This document shows positions 12,481 through 24,649 of a DNA stretch of 64,000 nucleotides, piece after piece. The translations under genes and the position numbers were made by a program. Source of the stretch: Callorhinchus milii (lineage: Eukaryota); contig NW_024704743.1 of the NCBI RefSeq assembly GCF_018977255.1, forward strand, positions 48,362,001 through 48,426,000, written 5' to 3'. Positions within the stretch are counted from its first letter, which is position 1. Each line of letters starts with the position of its first letter. The notes below the pieces were generated by a model. The model worked only from the letters and a program-made list of their open reading frames with translations, had not been told where the DNA came from and searched no databases.

Positions 12481-15243
12481 CTCATTATCCAATTCTGCAG
12501 TCTTCAGATATTTCTCTTCCGAGCCAAATCTTCATAAAAACTGAGAAGAAAATGAATTGCTTGTAATTGACCAGAACATCATGATCCTAGTGATGGAAAT
12601 CAGATATGTATCAACAAGAAAGATATCACCCAAATTATTTAAAAATTAGGGGAGATTTTTTTGGTGTCAAATCAGATGCAAAGTTAAATTAAAAAAGAAT
12701 ATTACATTGAGAGCAAAATACTTAAATCAAAACTACTTACTTAAAATTACTTAGAATGATACAGGATGGAAACAGACCATTCAGCCCAAACAGTCTACGC
12801 TGGAGTTTATACACCACATAGGTCTCCATCCCTCCTATTCCCCTCAACTATACCTCTCTATTTTCTTCTGCGTCATGCACCTTTAAATATGTTGCTGTTT
12901 TTTTTGCTTCCACTAGTTTCTGGCAGTGAGTTGCTTGTTTTCACCACTTTTTCATAAATATGTTTTCCTAAATTTTCTTTTAGATCTGCTGCTAGCTATC
13001 TTATCTTTATGACCCCTAGAAACAGTTTCCTTTGTCTCCCCTTTCAACCCCTCCCTTCCAATTCCTTCCTAAATTCAACCATTCCAAATCTCCTGCTCTT
13101 TCCTAAACTACATGTTCCAAATTTCTAAGATTAAAGACTTTTGTGTGTTTTTCTAAAAAATATCCCTCCCTCGGTTAGCTTTGCTCAAAATATTTACTAT
13201 TTTATAGGGGATTTAAACCATCCATGCATCTTTAATGAAGAAAGGCTGCCCTAAATTATGCACAATATGAAAATAAGTGTAATTCTACCTTAAATCTTAT
13301 GCAACAGTTTGAAAATTAAGCAGTTCATTTAAATGAACTGCATTTTAGGAATAATTAAATTGTTTTCAAATATACACAGTAAGCTAAAATAAATCAGGAG
13401 AAATTCATTAAAGATTTTCAATTACTATAGATCCAATTTTGTCACAATGTAAAATTCCTCATTATAAGCGACATTCATATTCAGTAACCATTTGAACTAT
13501 GTAAAGAACAATTAAACACTTGAAGTTCAGTTTGATAGCTCTGGGCAGAAAAAAACTAGGATGTTTTCATGCTCAGCTCTTATTATTGTTAACCGTATTA
13601 GCCTCTAAGCTAGCATGAATCTCACCACTAATACAAATTTTGTGCTGAATATTGTCCTGAAAATATTTAAATGTCTTTTTATTACATTTACAATAGTTGG
13701 AGACTGTTATATAAATGGATATAGGTAAGTAAACATTCCAGTGGAAACTTACGATTAAGATTAGCAAATGATGTGAGGAAATTTTATCACAAATTATTGG
13801 GATAACCTAGCAAGTCATGATGCATATACAGTATTTGCACACATTGAGAATAATGAGATAAAGCACATTTCTACATTCTGTGTCATTCTATGAAACACTG
13901 TGGAAAATCTGACCAGAAATGTCCTTTTCTAATCATAAAAGTATTATTCTTACAAATGCCTGAGTTAAACTATCGGTTACTTGCCGAGCAGGTCTGGAAG
14001 AGAAAAAATCGGAATGTTTAAATGAGGGAAAATACAGTTTTTGTGATTCAGGTACACTATCAGGCATTCCACTTTGGTATATTTACCAGCTACAATTGAA
14101 CAGTAATAACCTTTCCACTCCTGTATGCTGATTCTTGCTACTTGAATCCAAGTGAAAAGGTCAGTGTTCTAGTCTATGACAATTTGGCTTCAGAATAGAA
14201 TTGGAGCAGTGGCCTTGATATCAGTGCAAAGTCAAAACAGCAGCCTTTGTCATTTCCAAAATATTTGCTGCATTAAAGAGACGTGCAAAAGGGTGGGGGC
14301 TGTTGGGGGTTGGGGAGATTAGTGGAACTGCGCCATTTCCTGGTTTTAATAAATTAATCCTTGACACAAAATGGTATTGGTGCTCTCCAGGATAACCCAT
14401 TCTGTAGTCGAAAGCAGCATTGCACTTCAATCTATGACACCCCAAAGTACAAGAAAAGAAAAAAATTGTAATTATTGGTTTTGATCTTTGATCTGGTGTT
14501 CTGTGAGAACATGGAGAATGCATACAAACTCCAAATGGTGGTTTATGCCGAAACTACATTTTTACCTTGGGATTTAATTCATTTGGAAAACTAAAAGGTA
14601 CACTCATTAATTTGGGTAGAACTTGCCAAAACATGAGTGTAAGCAATACTTAATGTGACATGAATGTCTAACTTGCAATCTAAACTGAGCTTCCATGAAT
14701 ACTGAATACAAATTACACAAACATTTGTGAGGGAGACACACTGTTCAGAATGACTGTGCCCTGAAGCCAGGTCACACATTCATCTTCCACCTTGTGGATC
14801 TCTGCTTTCAACTGCATCTTAGTGAGATTATGGTTTTACACATGAGGTTTAGGAAAGTCACAATCCCACTAACCTCCAGTAGAAAGCCGTACGCTGGAAG
14901 ATGAATGCATGACCCAGTTTCAGGAAGTTGGCAGTGAGAACAGTGTCTGGGGATAGGGCTACTTTCAGTACATCTGGGCAATTCATATTCTGGACACAAT
15001 GTTCTGCATTTTAAGCAATAAAGTACATATGTAATGTGCTGGAAATAACAGACCCATATTCCAAACCTCCCTGCAGTGCACCTGGATCACACTTTTCTAC
15101 CTTGAAATAAACTTTGAATAGTAGAACAGTTCAGTTATTTTTCAATGTAAAATAGTGGGTTGGAAACTTTGTTGTTTCTAGTGAGATATTAAGAGGACTC
15201 TGTGGTTATCATGTTGGGAGTTTCTTATGAGGATACAATATAT

Positions 15244-15570
15244 GGAGTCCTGTAGCTCAGTGGTTAGAGCACTCGCTTTGCAAGTGAGAGACCTGAGTTC
15301 AATTCCAGGCAGGGCGAAACCTTGGGCAAGTTTCCTTACTCCACACGCCTAATAATAATCCCTCCAAAAAACCAAAAACAATAATTAAATTGGTCATTTT
15401 CAATCTACGACTGTTTGTGGGACATTGCTGTGCGCAATTGGCTGCCACATTCGCCCACAAATATACAGTCAATTCACTTTACAGTGTGTTCTGTGAAGCG
15501 CTTTGGGACGTCCTCCCGACGTGAAAAGCGCTATATCAAATGCAAGGATTATTATTATTATTATTATTAT
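15244..15570 (+). mobile_element. tRNA-derived SINE, family B, short young subtype
   Basis: Near-identical copy of 6054-6373 with an (ATT)n tail. Confidence 0.9.
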
Positions 15571-16139
15571 ATAAATTTGGGCCTGATTGAGTTTATCCAA
15601 GTTTGAAAGTATCAGGTTTCCCCAATGCAGTTTGGAAATTGGAAAAGGTGTTGAAACTGCATTTCAAAGAAAACAATAGTATTGCAGGAGAAACATTTAC
15701 ATTTATTATTGCAAATTTTATTCCTCCTCCTTCCCAGAGGTGCGAGTTAAATTAGACCTCGGATATCTTGCTAAACAGCCAATCTTCATGTTAACCTGGA
15801 GCATGGGGTCCAAATTACAAAATCCCCGGTAGGTTATGTCTATTTACAGCAGTGCATAGCTAACCTTTAACACAGCTACAATTTACTCTTCAACCCTGCA
15901 AATATAGGGGAATCGTGTTATAAATAGTGCTGCTCCACTTATAAAGCAAGTAGATAATGGACATTATTAGTATTTTGTGACATCAAAATCTCATTAGCGC
16001 AAGAATAGCACTAGTAATATGGTAATAATCCTTGTGTTGGGCATCACGACAATAGAAGCTTTTGGCACAGTGCAACAATACACAACCTAAACTATGTTGT
16101 ATGTCTTGAGAATATTCCGAGGAAGTTAAGCTGTGCATC

Positions 16140-16760
16140 AACAACCATAATAACAAAATTACATTTGTATCGCTCCTTTCAAGTCGGGAGGACGTCCCAA
16201 GGTGCTGGACAGACAGAGTTACGGACCCGAATTGGGGGTCGGGGTGGGAGGGTGGAGGGCAGGGGGGAAGCACGGAGGTTGAAAGCACAATCAAAGAGGA
16301 GGGTCTTGAAGGTGGCGAGGGAGGGGGCAAGATGGAGGGACTGTGGATGGAGTTCCAGAGGGTGTGTGCAGAGTGGCGGAAGGACCGCCCACCAATAGTG
16401 GGGTGAGCAAGACGGGAGGCGTGAAGCAGGCCGGAGTGAGAGGTACGATCTGAACCAATCAAGAACAGCGCCGTGGCGGTTGAGGTGAGAGGATAGAGTG
16501 GTCGACGGTGTCGAAAGCAGCAGAGATGTCAAGGAGGCAGAGGGACCCCTGGTCGCAGATGGACAGAATGTCATTTGTCACTTTGACACTTTGTTTCTGT
16601 GCTGTGGGCGGCACGGAAGCCCGATTGGAGGGGTTCAAGAAGGGAGTGGCGAGAGAAGAAGGAGCGAATCTGAGAAGCAACAACTCGTTCCAGGACCTTG
16701 GAGAGGAAGGGGAGGTTGGAGATGAGGCGGTAGTTAGGGAGTAGAGAAGGGTCCAGTGAA
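16140..16760 (-). mobile_element. L2 LINE with large internal deletions
   Basis: RT motifs VKVTNDIL, LLDISAAFDTVDHSIL and VLDWFRSYLS are joined directly to the 3' end and tail. Confidence 0.85.
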
Positions 16761-18050
16761 TCAAGTGAATAGCATGAGCAGTGTAGGACATCAAGTAAGA
16801 GTTCTCAGCTGACTTTCTGCATGAGAGCATCATGACATTGCTGGTTAGTAACCAGATGTGCTACAGGTTTCTCCTGTATTTGCACAGTCTGTAATGTTGC
16901 AATGGTCCTGCCTCTTGGTTGCAACAGTTCAATAGATTAATTTCTCATTCATTTCTGTTGAACTGTAACTCTTCAAAAAGAGTTTATGCTGCAAGTGCAT
17001 AGTGAAGTCAACATTAGCCTCATTTAATATGTCACCATTTTTTTTCTGTTAATACATGGAAAAATTGATTGAGCTACAAAGTTCCATTAAATTTTCCATT
17101 AGTTTCTGGTTTTAAAACTGCAATTAATACATAAATATAACTAACTTAAAATAAGGAATGGGGAACTACCAGAAATCCAAAATTTCTGTGGCCTTAACCT
17201 TTAAAATCATTGTCTTATATAAGATTGTGTAGATTTTTGGAATACTCTTAAATTCAGTTTTAATTTGAAGCTGATTTTCCACAATTAATTTTGTAGAATA
17301 TAGAAAACTGACTTCCAAATTAAGACTGAATTTAACACTATTTTGCATAATCTTAAATTTTAAGACAATATTTCAGACCTACAGAAACGTTCCTATCTCA
17401 GTGCAATTGAAATTGGAAGCTTAGTGGAGTGCAGATTCAAACCAATTTCATACTACTCTGGGTCATGCATAAACACTGTAGTGTGTTGTACCACCATGCT
17501 GCTATTAACTAAATTACACCAGGAGTACACATGAGAGAGGGCAACATATGACAACTATGATAGGGAAAAGGATGTGGTGGGCATAACGGGGGGAGGGAAA
17601 TTCATTCATTAGAACAAGGCTGATTCGCAGTCTATTCCAAGGTTAAACTATTTGTATCCAAATCTGTCAGGCATGAAATTAGGCCCTGAGGTGGATCTGG
17701 TTTACACTAATGGTCTCAATTCAGGTGGATTATGGTGCATTTGAGTTTAGGTTGTGATCAGTTTCAGAATTAGTCTGGCATTCATGCATCAGCATAAATA
17801 GAGCGTTAAACAGGATACTTCCTGCTTTGACATAGTAAGAGTTTTCAGCACATAGCCTACTTAATTTATCAGTAAAGTATATTGCATTACAATATTAATC
17901 ATTGCAATTTATATAGTCAGAAAGACTTCTCAAACCACTTCACAGGATTTACTATAAAGTGTAGTGACTGTATTTTGTAGGTTAATATAACAACCGCTTT
18001 GTCCAGCTGTGGGAATTGGACCCGAGAGAACTCCTTTCTCTTTTCAAATA

Positions 18051-18578
18051 CAGTGGAAGCTGCTTAAGCCGGTCACATTTGTCCGGCTTAACTGAACTTC
18101 TCCTATCTCTTCCCACCCAGAGAGGAGCGACGGCAGCACCTCCTCCCTCCCATTACTGTTCCCATTGAACAGTAAGGGGGCCAATTAGCAGTGGCTCCGA
18201 GGTGATTGACAGCTTGGAGAGGCTTGTGATTGATGGGCTTTCCACACATTCACAAGCGGTTCCATATGTCAATCAACTGCTATTTGTCTACTCCCTTGTT
18301 TCTTCACCGTTCTTCCACCTCCTCACTCATTGACAGCCCAGAGCCACTTGTGAATGGCTGGAGTCCACTGTCAAATCAATCTCAATTAGATTCCTCCCAT
18401 CTCCATCCCAGGACCGCTCCTGACTGAATGGAGCGGCTCAAGACATAGAGTGAGTTGTTGCATCGGAGACCAGCGAGGGTTTTGTCTGGATTAACAAACT
18501 TTTGTCTGAATTAACTGGTATATTGGTGAAAATACAGATGAATCGGGGCTGGGCGTTTTGTCCAATTTATCCGGCTTC
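18051..18578 (+). mobile_element. Tigger/pogo-like MITE, copy 1
   Basis: Begins ta|cagtggaagctgcttaagccgg. The body is similar in inverse orientation to 12030-12480 (shared aatggctggagtcc.ctgtcaa.tc). Confidence 0.55.
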
Positions 18579-18580
18579 CT

Positions 18581-18866
18581 TTTCCTTACTCCACATGCCT
18601 CTGTTTACCTAGCAGTAAATAGGAACCCAATTGTTAGTCGATTGGCGGATCGCTTTTCTGGGGGTAATAAATCCCTTAAAAAAATAATAATTTGGACACT
18701 CAATCCACGACTGTTTGTGGGACACTGCTGTGCACAATTGGCTTCCGCCTTTCGACCACGAAACATACAGTCAATTCACTTTACAGTATATTTTGTGAAG
18801 CGCTTTGAGACGTCTCAAAGACGTGATAAGGCGCTATATCAAAAGCAAGGATTATTATTAGTAGTA
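18581..18866 (+). mobile_element. SINE family B, long subtype, 5'-truncated
   Basis: Matches the body and tail of 44226-44583 but lacks the tRNA head. Confidence 0.85.
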
Positions 18867-20449
18867 GTGCTGTTGCCTCAAGTTAGGTCTCTGGTCTTCT
18901 TTCTGAAAAGTTCCATTAAGATGGGATGAATGTCCTTTGCTTCCTTAAAAGCATTATGCTGGTGGCAGCTATGACTTCAATGACAACACAATATACTATG
19001 TACATCTTTAGTACTGCCTACAAAGATAGAGAACAACACATTCTGTTGCTGGTTGACTGAGTGTTCAGCCCACCCATACAAACTAGTAACATGATTTCTC
19101 ACCCGATTCCACCCACCTCCCCCCCTTGCCTGGACTTTCCCCAACTTGTAGACAAGCCGAGTGAACTGTGCAATATACACTTGATGGATTCCCCAGCTGC
19201 AAGAACTAATACCAAACTATTTCTGTTGTAAGCTCTTCTGTTATGTAAAGAGAACTTCCATTGCATTCTAAGGTATAATCTAATCAGATACAAATTTAGT
19301 ATGATGACAGAATTGCGCAAGGCCATTCATTTAGTTTGTTGTTCATCATGTCGTTCCTCATTGGACAGAAAGAGTAACTATATTGCACTTCATAGTACCT
19401 CGATTCATCTAAAAGCATTTCCTAGATAGGTAGACATGGTTGCTGTTTGCACCAAAATAGACTTAAAAATTAGGTATTGTAGGTGTACCATTATAAGATG
19501 GAGGTGAAAGCAATAAAAAAAGGTTTTGATGATGTGCACAAATAACTTGAGCTGCACTTCATCACTTTTGGTTGTCCCCTTAACTTTTCAATTGCATTCT
19601 ATGTTTGTGCCATGAAAATTACTCCTGCGTGTTCCATGAATAACCTCTGCTATGTTCAAGAAATCATTAATGCCGTCGCAATTCATCTTAACATACACAT
19701 TTCTTTGTTTTCCACGTGGTTTGGTGACATCTGCTACAGTCCGCAAAGAAAGTCTGTCATTCAATCTTTTAAAAGCTACCCACAGGGTTCCTGCTAACGC
19801 TGAGCTCTTTGTCACCACATCATCAAGGCAGACTGTGCAGAATGTCAGTTGTTTAAGTATTCTTAGAGCAGTTGTGGGTTGTGGAGAAGCATCTGGATGC
19901 CAGACCATCGAGGTGGAATGGAGCCAAGAACTGCATTGTGTTTCCTCTTTAAGACACAGTTGTACTGAAACAACTGGTTTCTCTTTTGGTTATTGCTGCA
20001 ATGGCTGCAGTGTTGTGAATTCCAGAACCCAGTCATAAATTTTAATAATGTGATCATTATTTTATTACTAGAGATATTTGAACAAGTTGTCTTTGACCTG
20101 ATGCAAAGCAATAAATGTATATTGTGACAAGTCATTTGTCATAATTTGAGGGCTATCAATGTTCAATGTGTGAATTATGATTATCTAATTAAGATGTTTG
20201 CACTGATGTGACCACATTGGAATGCTTGCTTGGCACACTGCAGTTTCTATGAGCAATCATATTATACTTATTAAAATGAGTGGGAACTATTTGTAATGTT
20301 GATGAATTGAAGAGGTACTTGCACCTGTTAAAATGAAATTTCACTTATTTGTTATAGAGAAAAGAAATCGGATGTGCTTTTTGTTGAAAAAGTGAATGTA
20401 CACTGCCTTTATGTTGAAAATTGTTAAATCTATTTCTAATTATAAACCG

Positions 20450-21298
20450 TTGACATCCTGGTAAACTTTCTGTCTGACATCAAGTCCTGCACGAGAGCCA
20501 AATGCCTCCAGTTCAATGTTGGCAAGACAAAGGCCTTCCTGCTTGGCTCCCGGCAGCGCCTCCTCATCTCACCTGCTGACACTATCACCATTCATTCATG
20601 ACACTGCACTCTTCACCTCACCAATCTGAAACCTCGGTGTCCTTTTTGACCGCCAGCTATCCTTCAAACACACATTCGTGCCATGACCCATTCAACCTTT
20701 CCCCACCTCCGCAACATTGCCCGCCTCCACCACTGCCTCTCACCACAGGCCCCTGAGACACTGATCCACACTTTCATTACATCCCGGCTTGACTACACCA
20801 ACTGCCTGTTCACTAGACTTTTCAACTCTTCCCTCTACAAGCTGCAAATTATTAAAAACTATGCAGCTCATGTCCTCTCCCGCATCAGGCTCCGCGAACC
20901 AATACCCCCCCGTTCTTGCCCATTCTTGCCTGGCTCTCCATCCTTCAGAGAATCGAGTATAAAACCCTCGTTCTCACCTTCAAAGCCCTGCACCATCTTA
21001 CTCCGCCCTACCTCTCCGATCACCTAACCCCATATCAGCCTGTCTGCTCCCTCCACTCGGCGGACACTGGGCTTCTTCAGATGCCCTGCACTTTCCGCCC
21101 CACCATTGGTGGTCAGGCATTCAGCATCTCTGCCCTACACTCTGGAACTCTACCCTGCAATCACTCAGTCTCACCCCCTCTCTTGCCTTCTTCAAGTCCC
21201 GTCTTAAGACCTTCCGCTACGATTGTGCCTTCGGCCACCCTCCAACCCTCACCCACCTGCCCTCCACCCCTCCCTACCCCAAATCCCAGCTGACTGTC
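20450..21298 (+). mobile_element. L2 LINE 3' fragment (about 850 bp)
   Basis: HLRNIARL..LS....ETLIHTFITSRLDYTN and LAWLSILQRIEYKTLVLTFKALH..PPYL motifs, plus tail. Confidence 0.9.
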
Positions 21299-23237
21299 CA
21301 ACTGCCTGGGACATCTTTCCGACATGAAGGGTGCTACACAAATGTAATTTGTTGTTGTAAACAGATTGCAAGCTATATTTCATGAGGCAGTGACTCATAG
21401 TGGGATATACTGTAGTTCCATGGGTATTGCCACAATTGGCTATTCTTTATTTGTGAGCCTGTATTTCAGAAAGCTTATTTGTCTTGAGTATCCAAACCAG
21501 ATCAGGATTTTTACCTGAGGTGCACTTCCCTGCAAAGCTGCTCAGTGGCTAATTTTTCCATCTCCTCCCAACTCTGATAGCTACCTTCAGCTATCAAAAT
21601 GATTAGTTAAGCCAGATTTGCCTATCTGTCAGGTATGCCTATTAAATCAAAACAGCCTCAGGAAATATAAATTCAACATATGAGAAATACATGAGGAATA
21701 TTATGTGACATGTTCAACCCTAATGCAATTTTCATTGGAATGACGGGAGACCTGGATGGTTATTCTGTGTGCTGTATTCTCCCTTATCTTGAAATGTGCC
21801 AATTATCAATTGTTATCACAATCCATAGCTCCATCTCAAAGCAGATGAGCCTTAAACAATGGCAACTCATGCCACTTTTCGGCAAGCTTGACACTGTTTG
21901 TCTAGCTAGGACCACACTATGTGATTAGGCTTGCAGAGTTAACAGTAGAGTGGAAACGATCTGAAACCCTCAAAGGCTGGTTGGCCAACCAAGTTATACG
22001 AGCAAAGCTGGCTGGTGTGTGACCAACACTGTAGACCAATCTAGTTCAAGAACCAAACTACCGAGTCGGTCACAGAGGACTGACTCAATTCCAATATTGA
22101 ATTGCCAGGCAAATCACCTGCGTACCAGCTCAGACACAAAGAGACTCCACTTACCTTCCTTTATAAACCATCCCCGCCCCACCCCACTTATGGTCATTAG
22201 ACATCTGACACGCTCAGGTTTGAGGTCAGTAGCAGGAAGGGCTACAGGAGTAGCAAGAATCAGGACTCCTAGCAAACTTCTTGGTAATTACCACAGCTCA
22301 GCACTGACACCAAAACGTCTTATAACTTAATTTCATCAACGTCTCAAACTTTCCTATGGATGGCAAATCTAGAAAACATGATTTAATGTGGCCCTTTTCT
22401 GACCTTGAATACCATCGTAGAATTTTAGTTTTGTGTTTGATGATCTTCTTTGTGTCTAATCTTTTACATTTCTTTGGCGAACAGTCCCTTAAAGTAGACC
22501 TTGACATTAAATTAACACTAAACACTAAATACATAAATAATTTAAATGAGGAAAAAATGTACCTCTGTTTATATTTTAGTTTTGATGTGTGAATGGACTG
22601 ATTTATAAAAGTTGTTTATAATTATAATTGCACAAAAAAATGCTCGCACAGTATACTATAGAAAATCCTGTTTAAATAACATCCTGTTCTACATTGAGAC
22701 ATGTTCTTATGAATGAGAACAGTTTAAGTGGGCCCTATAACGTATCCAGCCCTCATTCTTGCTAGATTGTCCATGACTTAATTTTCCTTCCCTTCATGGT
22801 GACATTCTATCCAGATCTTAATTCACTGGATTCATCTCTTAGTTAATTTTCAACCACATTCAACTGCCTCGATTATAATTACGCACATTCCAAAACAGTA
22901 ACCGAACAATAACGTCCTGATGATTGCTATCCCAAACCAGCTACACTACGCAACATTATAGGTCTTTCATTCTTTCACCTGAAATATATTTTACATCCTT
23001 CTATGAACAACTGAAAGAATTACATTTCTTAATACCCATTTTTTCTACAACAACAAAATTATATTTATAAAGCGCCTTTCACGTCCGGAGGAAAAATTAG
23101 ATGCATACAGTATTTTATATTGACTGCGGCCTGGTTGAGTACTAGAGTATTATTTAATGTTTCAAAACAAAATCTCAGTATTGAATATGCTGAATCTGAC
23201 CCTAGTACTGCTACCTCAATGAGTACATATCTTAGAT

Positions 23238-24331
23238 CAGCGTGATCTAACAAGCGGCCCGCGAGACGTGGATGATTTTATCCGGCCCGCAAACCATTTT
23301 GGACTTCACCATTTTCCCTCCCACCTGCGCCTCTCTGGTCGTGCTCCATGAGGCAACGAGGAAAGGAGCAGAGCGGGAAGGACATCCCGTCTTGGGGATA
23401 TCATCCGCAGATATGGGGAACACTTTCACATGTATGAGGACGACACCCAACTCTATTTTTCCACCTCACTGACCTCCTCTCTCCTCACAACAGTAGCCGT
23501 TGCCTTCGTTCCTCTGGATCTGGCCTCCTCCTTGTCCCCCGAGTCCTCTGCTCCACCCTCGGTGCCCGTGCCTTCATCCACTACGCCCTGAGGCTCTGGA
23601 ACTCCCTTCCTCACTCCCTTCGCTTCTTCCAATTTTCCGGTCTCTGCTGAAAACCTTTTTTTTGGTCACCTTCCTCCCCCTCCCCCTAGCTCAGCCCTAG
23701 GATCCATTACTGCGAAGCGCTCTGAGATAGGTCCGGCATGGAGGGCACTATATAAATCCAAGTTGTTGTTGTTGTTGTATCTATCCCCGCCCCTACCCGT
23801 CACGTTCCACGCTGCCTCGTGCAATCTGGTGAGACGCAGCAGCAGGAGTATTTTGCAATTCTAAAACTACAGAACTATGAGTCTCAGTAGGAAACACAAG
23901 GTAGATATGGAAATAGAGGATTCCTGTGTGTATGTGGTAAGTGGTAAGTGGATTGCTTGTTTTTGAAAGTAATGGAAAACCTCAGTGCCTTTTTTATGGG
24001 CAAGATACTGTGTTGAAGGAGTTAAGAGATAATTTTGCAATAATGGATTTATCTGTTTTGGTATTGTTGAGCGTTCTCTGTAGGGGTCTCCATATGCTGA
24101 GTTAATATTTTGTATTTTGACTTTAATACATTAAAAAATGATGCATATATATATATACATTTGAGATGATCATTATTAAGTAATACAGTCACATAATTTA
24201 AAACATAGGATTTCTGATTGATTCTTTTATGTTTCTGGAAAGGAAAAACAAAAATATTGTTTGTGCGGCTCGGGGACGTTTCTCAAATGTGGAATCCAGC
24301 CCTCGCCACTCAAAACAGTTGTACCACCCTG
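23238..24331. mobile_element. Non-autonomous hAT (Charlie-like) DNA transposon
   Basis: Degenerate TIRs cagcgtgatctaa and ttgtaccaccctg, subterminal cggccc motifs, and 8-bp TSD tcttagat / tctttgat (7/8 match). Confidence 0.75.
23330..23778 (+). mobile_element. Internally deleted L2 fragment nested in the hAT element
   Basis: LGDIIRRYG..FHMYEDDTQLY (YADD region) followed by the 3' end and (TTG)n. Confidence 0.75.
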
Positions 24332-24587
24332 TCTTTGATTATTTGTAATGATATTAAAGGTAAAGCTGACAGCAACAACCTAAATTTCTATGATGCTTTT
24401 CACATAAATTAACCTTTCGAAACACATTACACGTGTTTCACGTGGAAAGAATTAACAGTAATCCAAGTACATTTCACTGGCGACTTTTTCATGTAAGCAC
24501 ATTGCTACCAATGTTTAGATTGTTCACGCTTGTGCATTCTAATTAAGCTTCAACGTAATTGATCGCAGTAAAACACAACACTGTAGA

Positions 24588-24604
24588 AGGTCATTGTAAG
24601 TTCA
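24588..24604 (+). promoter_or_regulatory. Consensus DR5 retinoic acid response element motif
   Basis: AGGTCA ttgta AGTTCA is an exact RGKTCA-N5-RGKTCA match. Function is untested. Confidence 0.3.
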
Positions 24605-24649
24605 GTAAAACAGTTTATTGCTGTTTAGTATTACAGTATATTACTAGCT

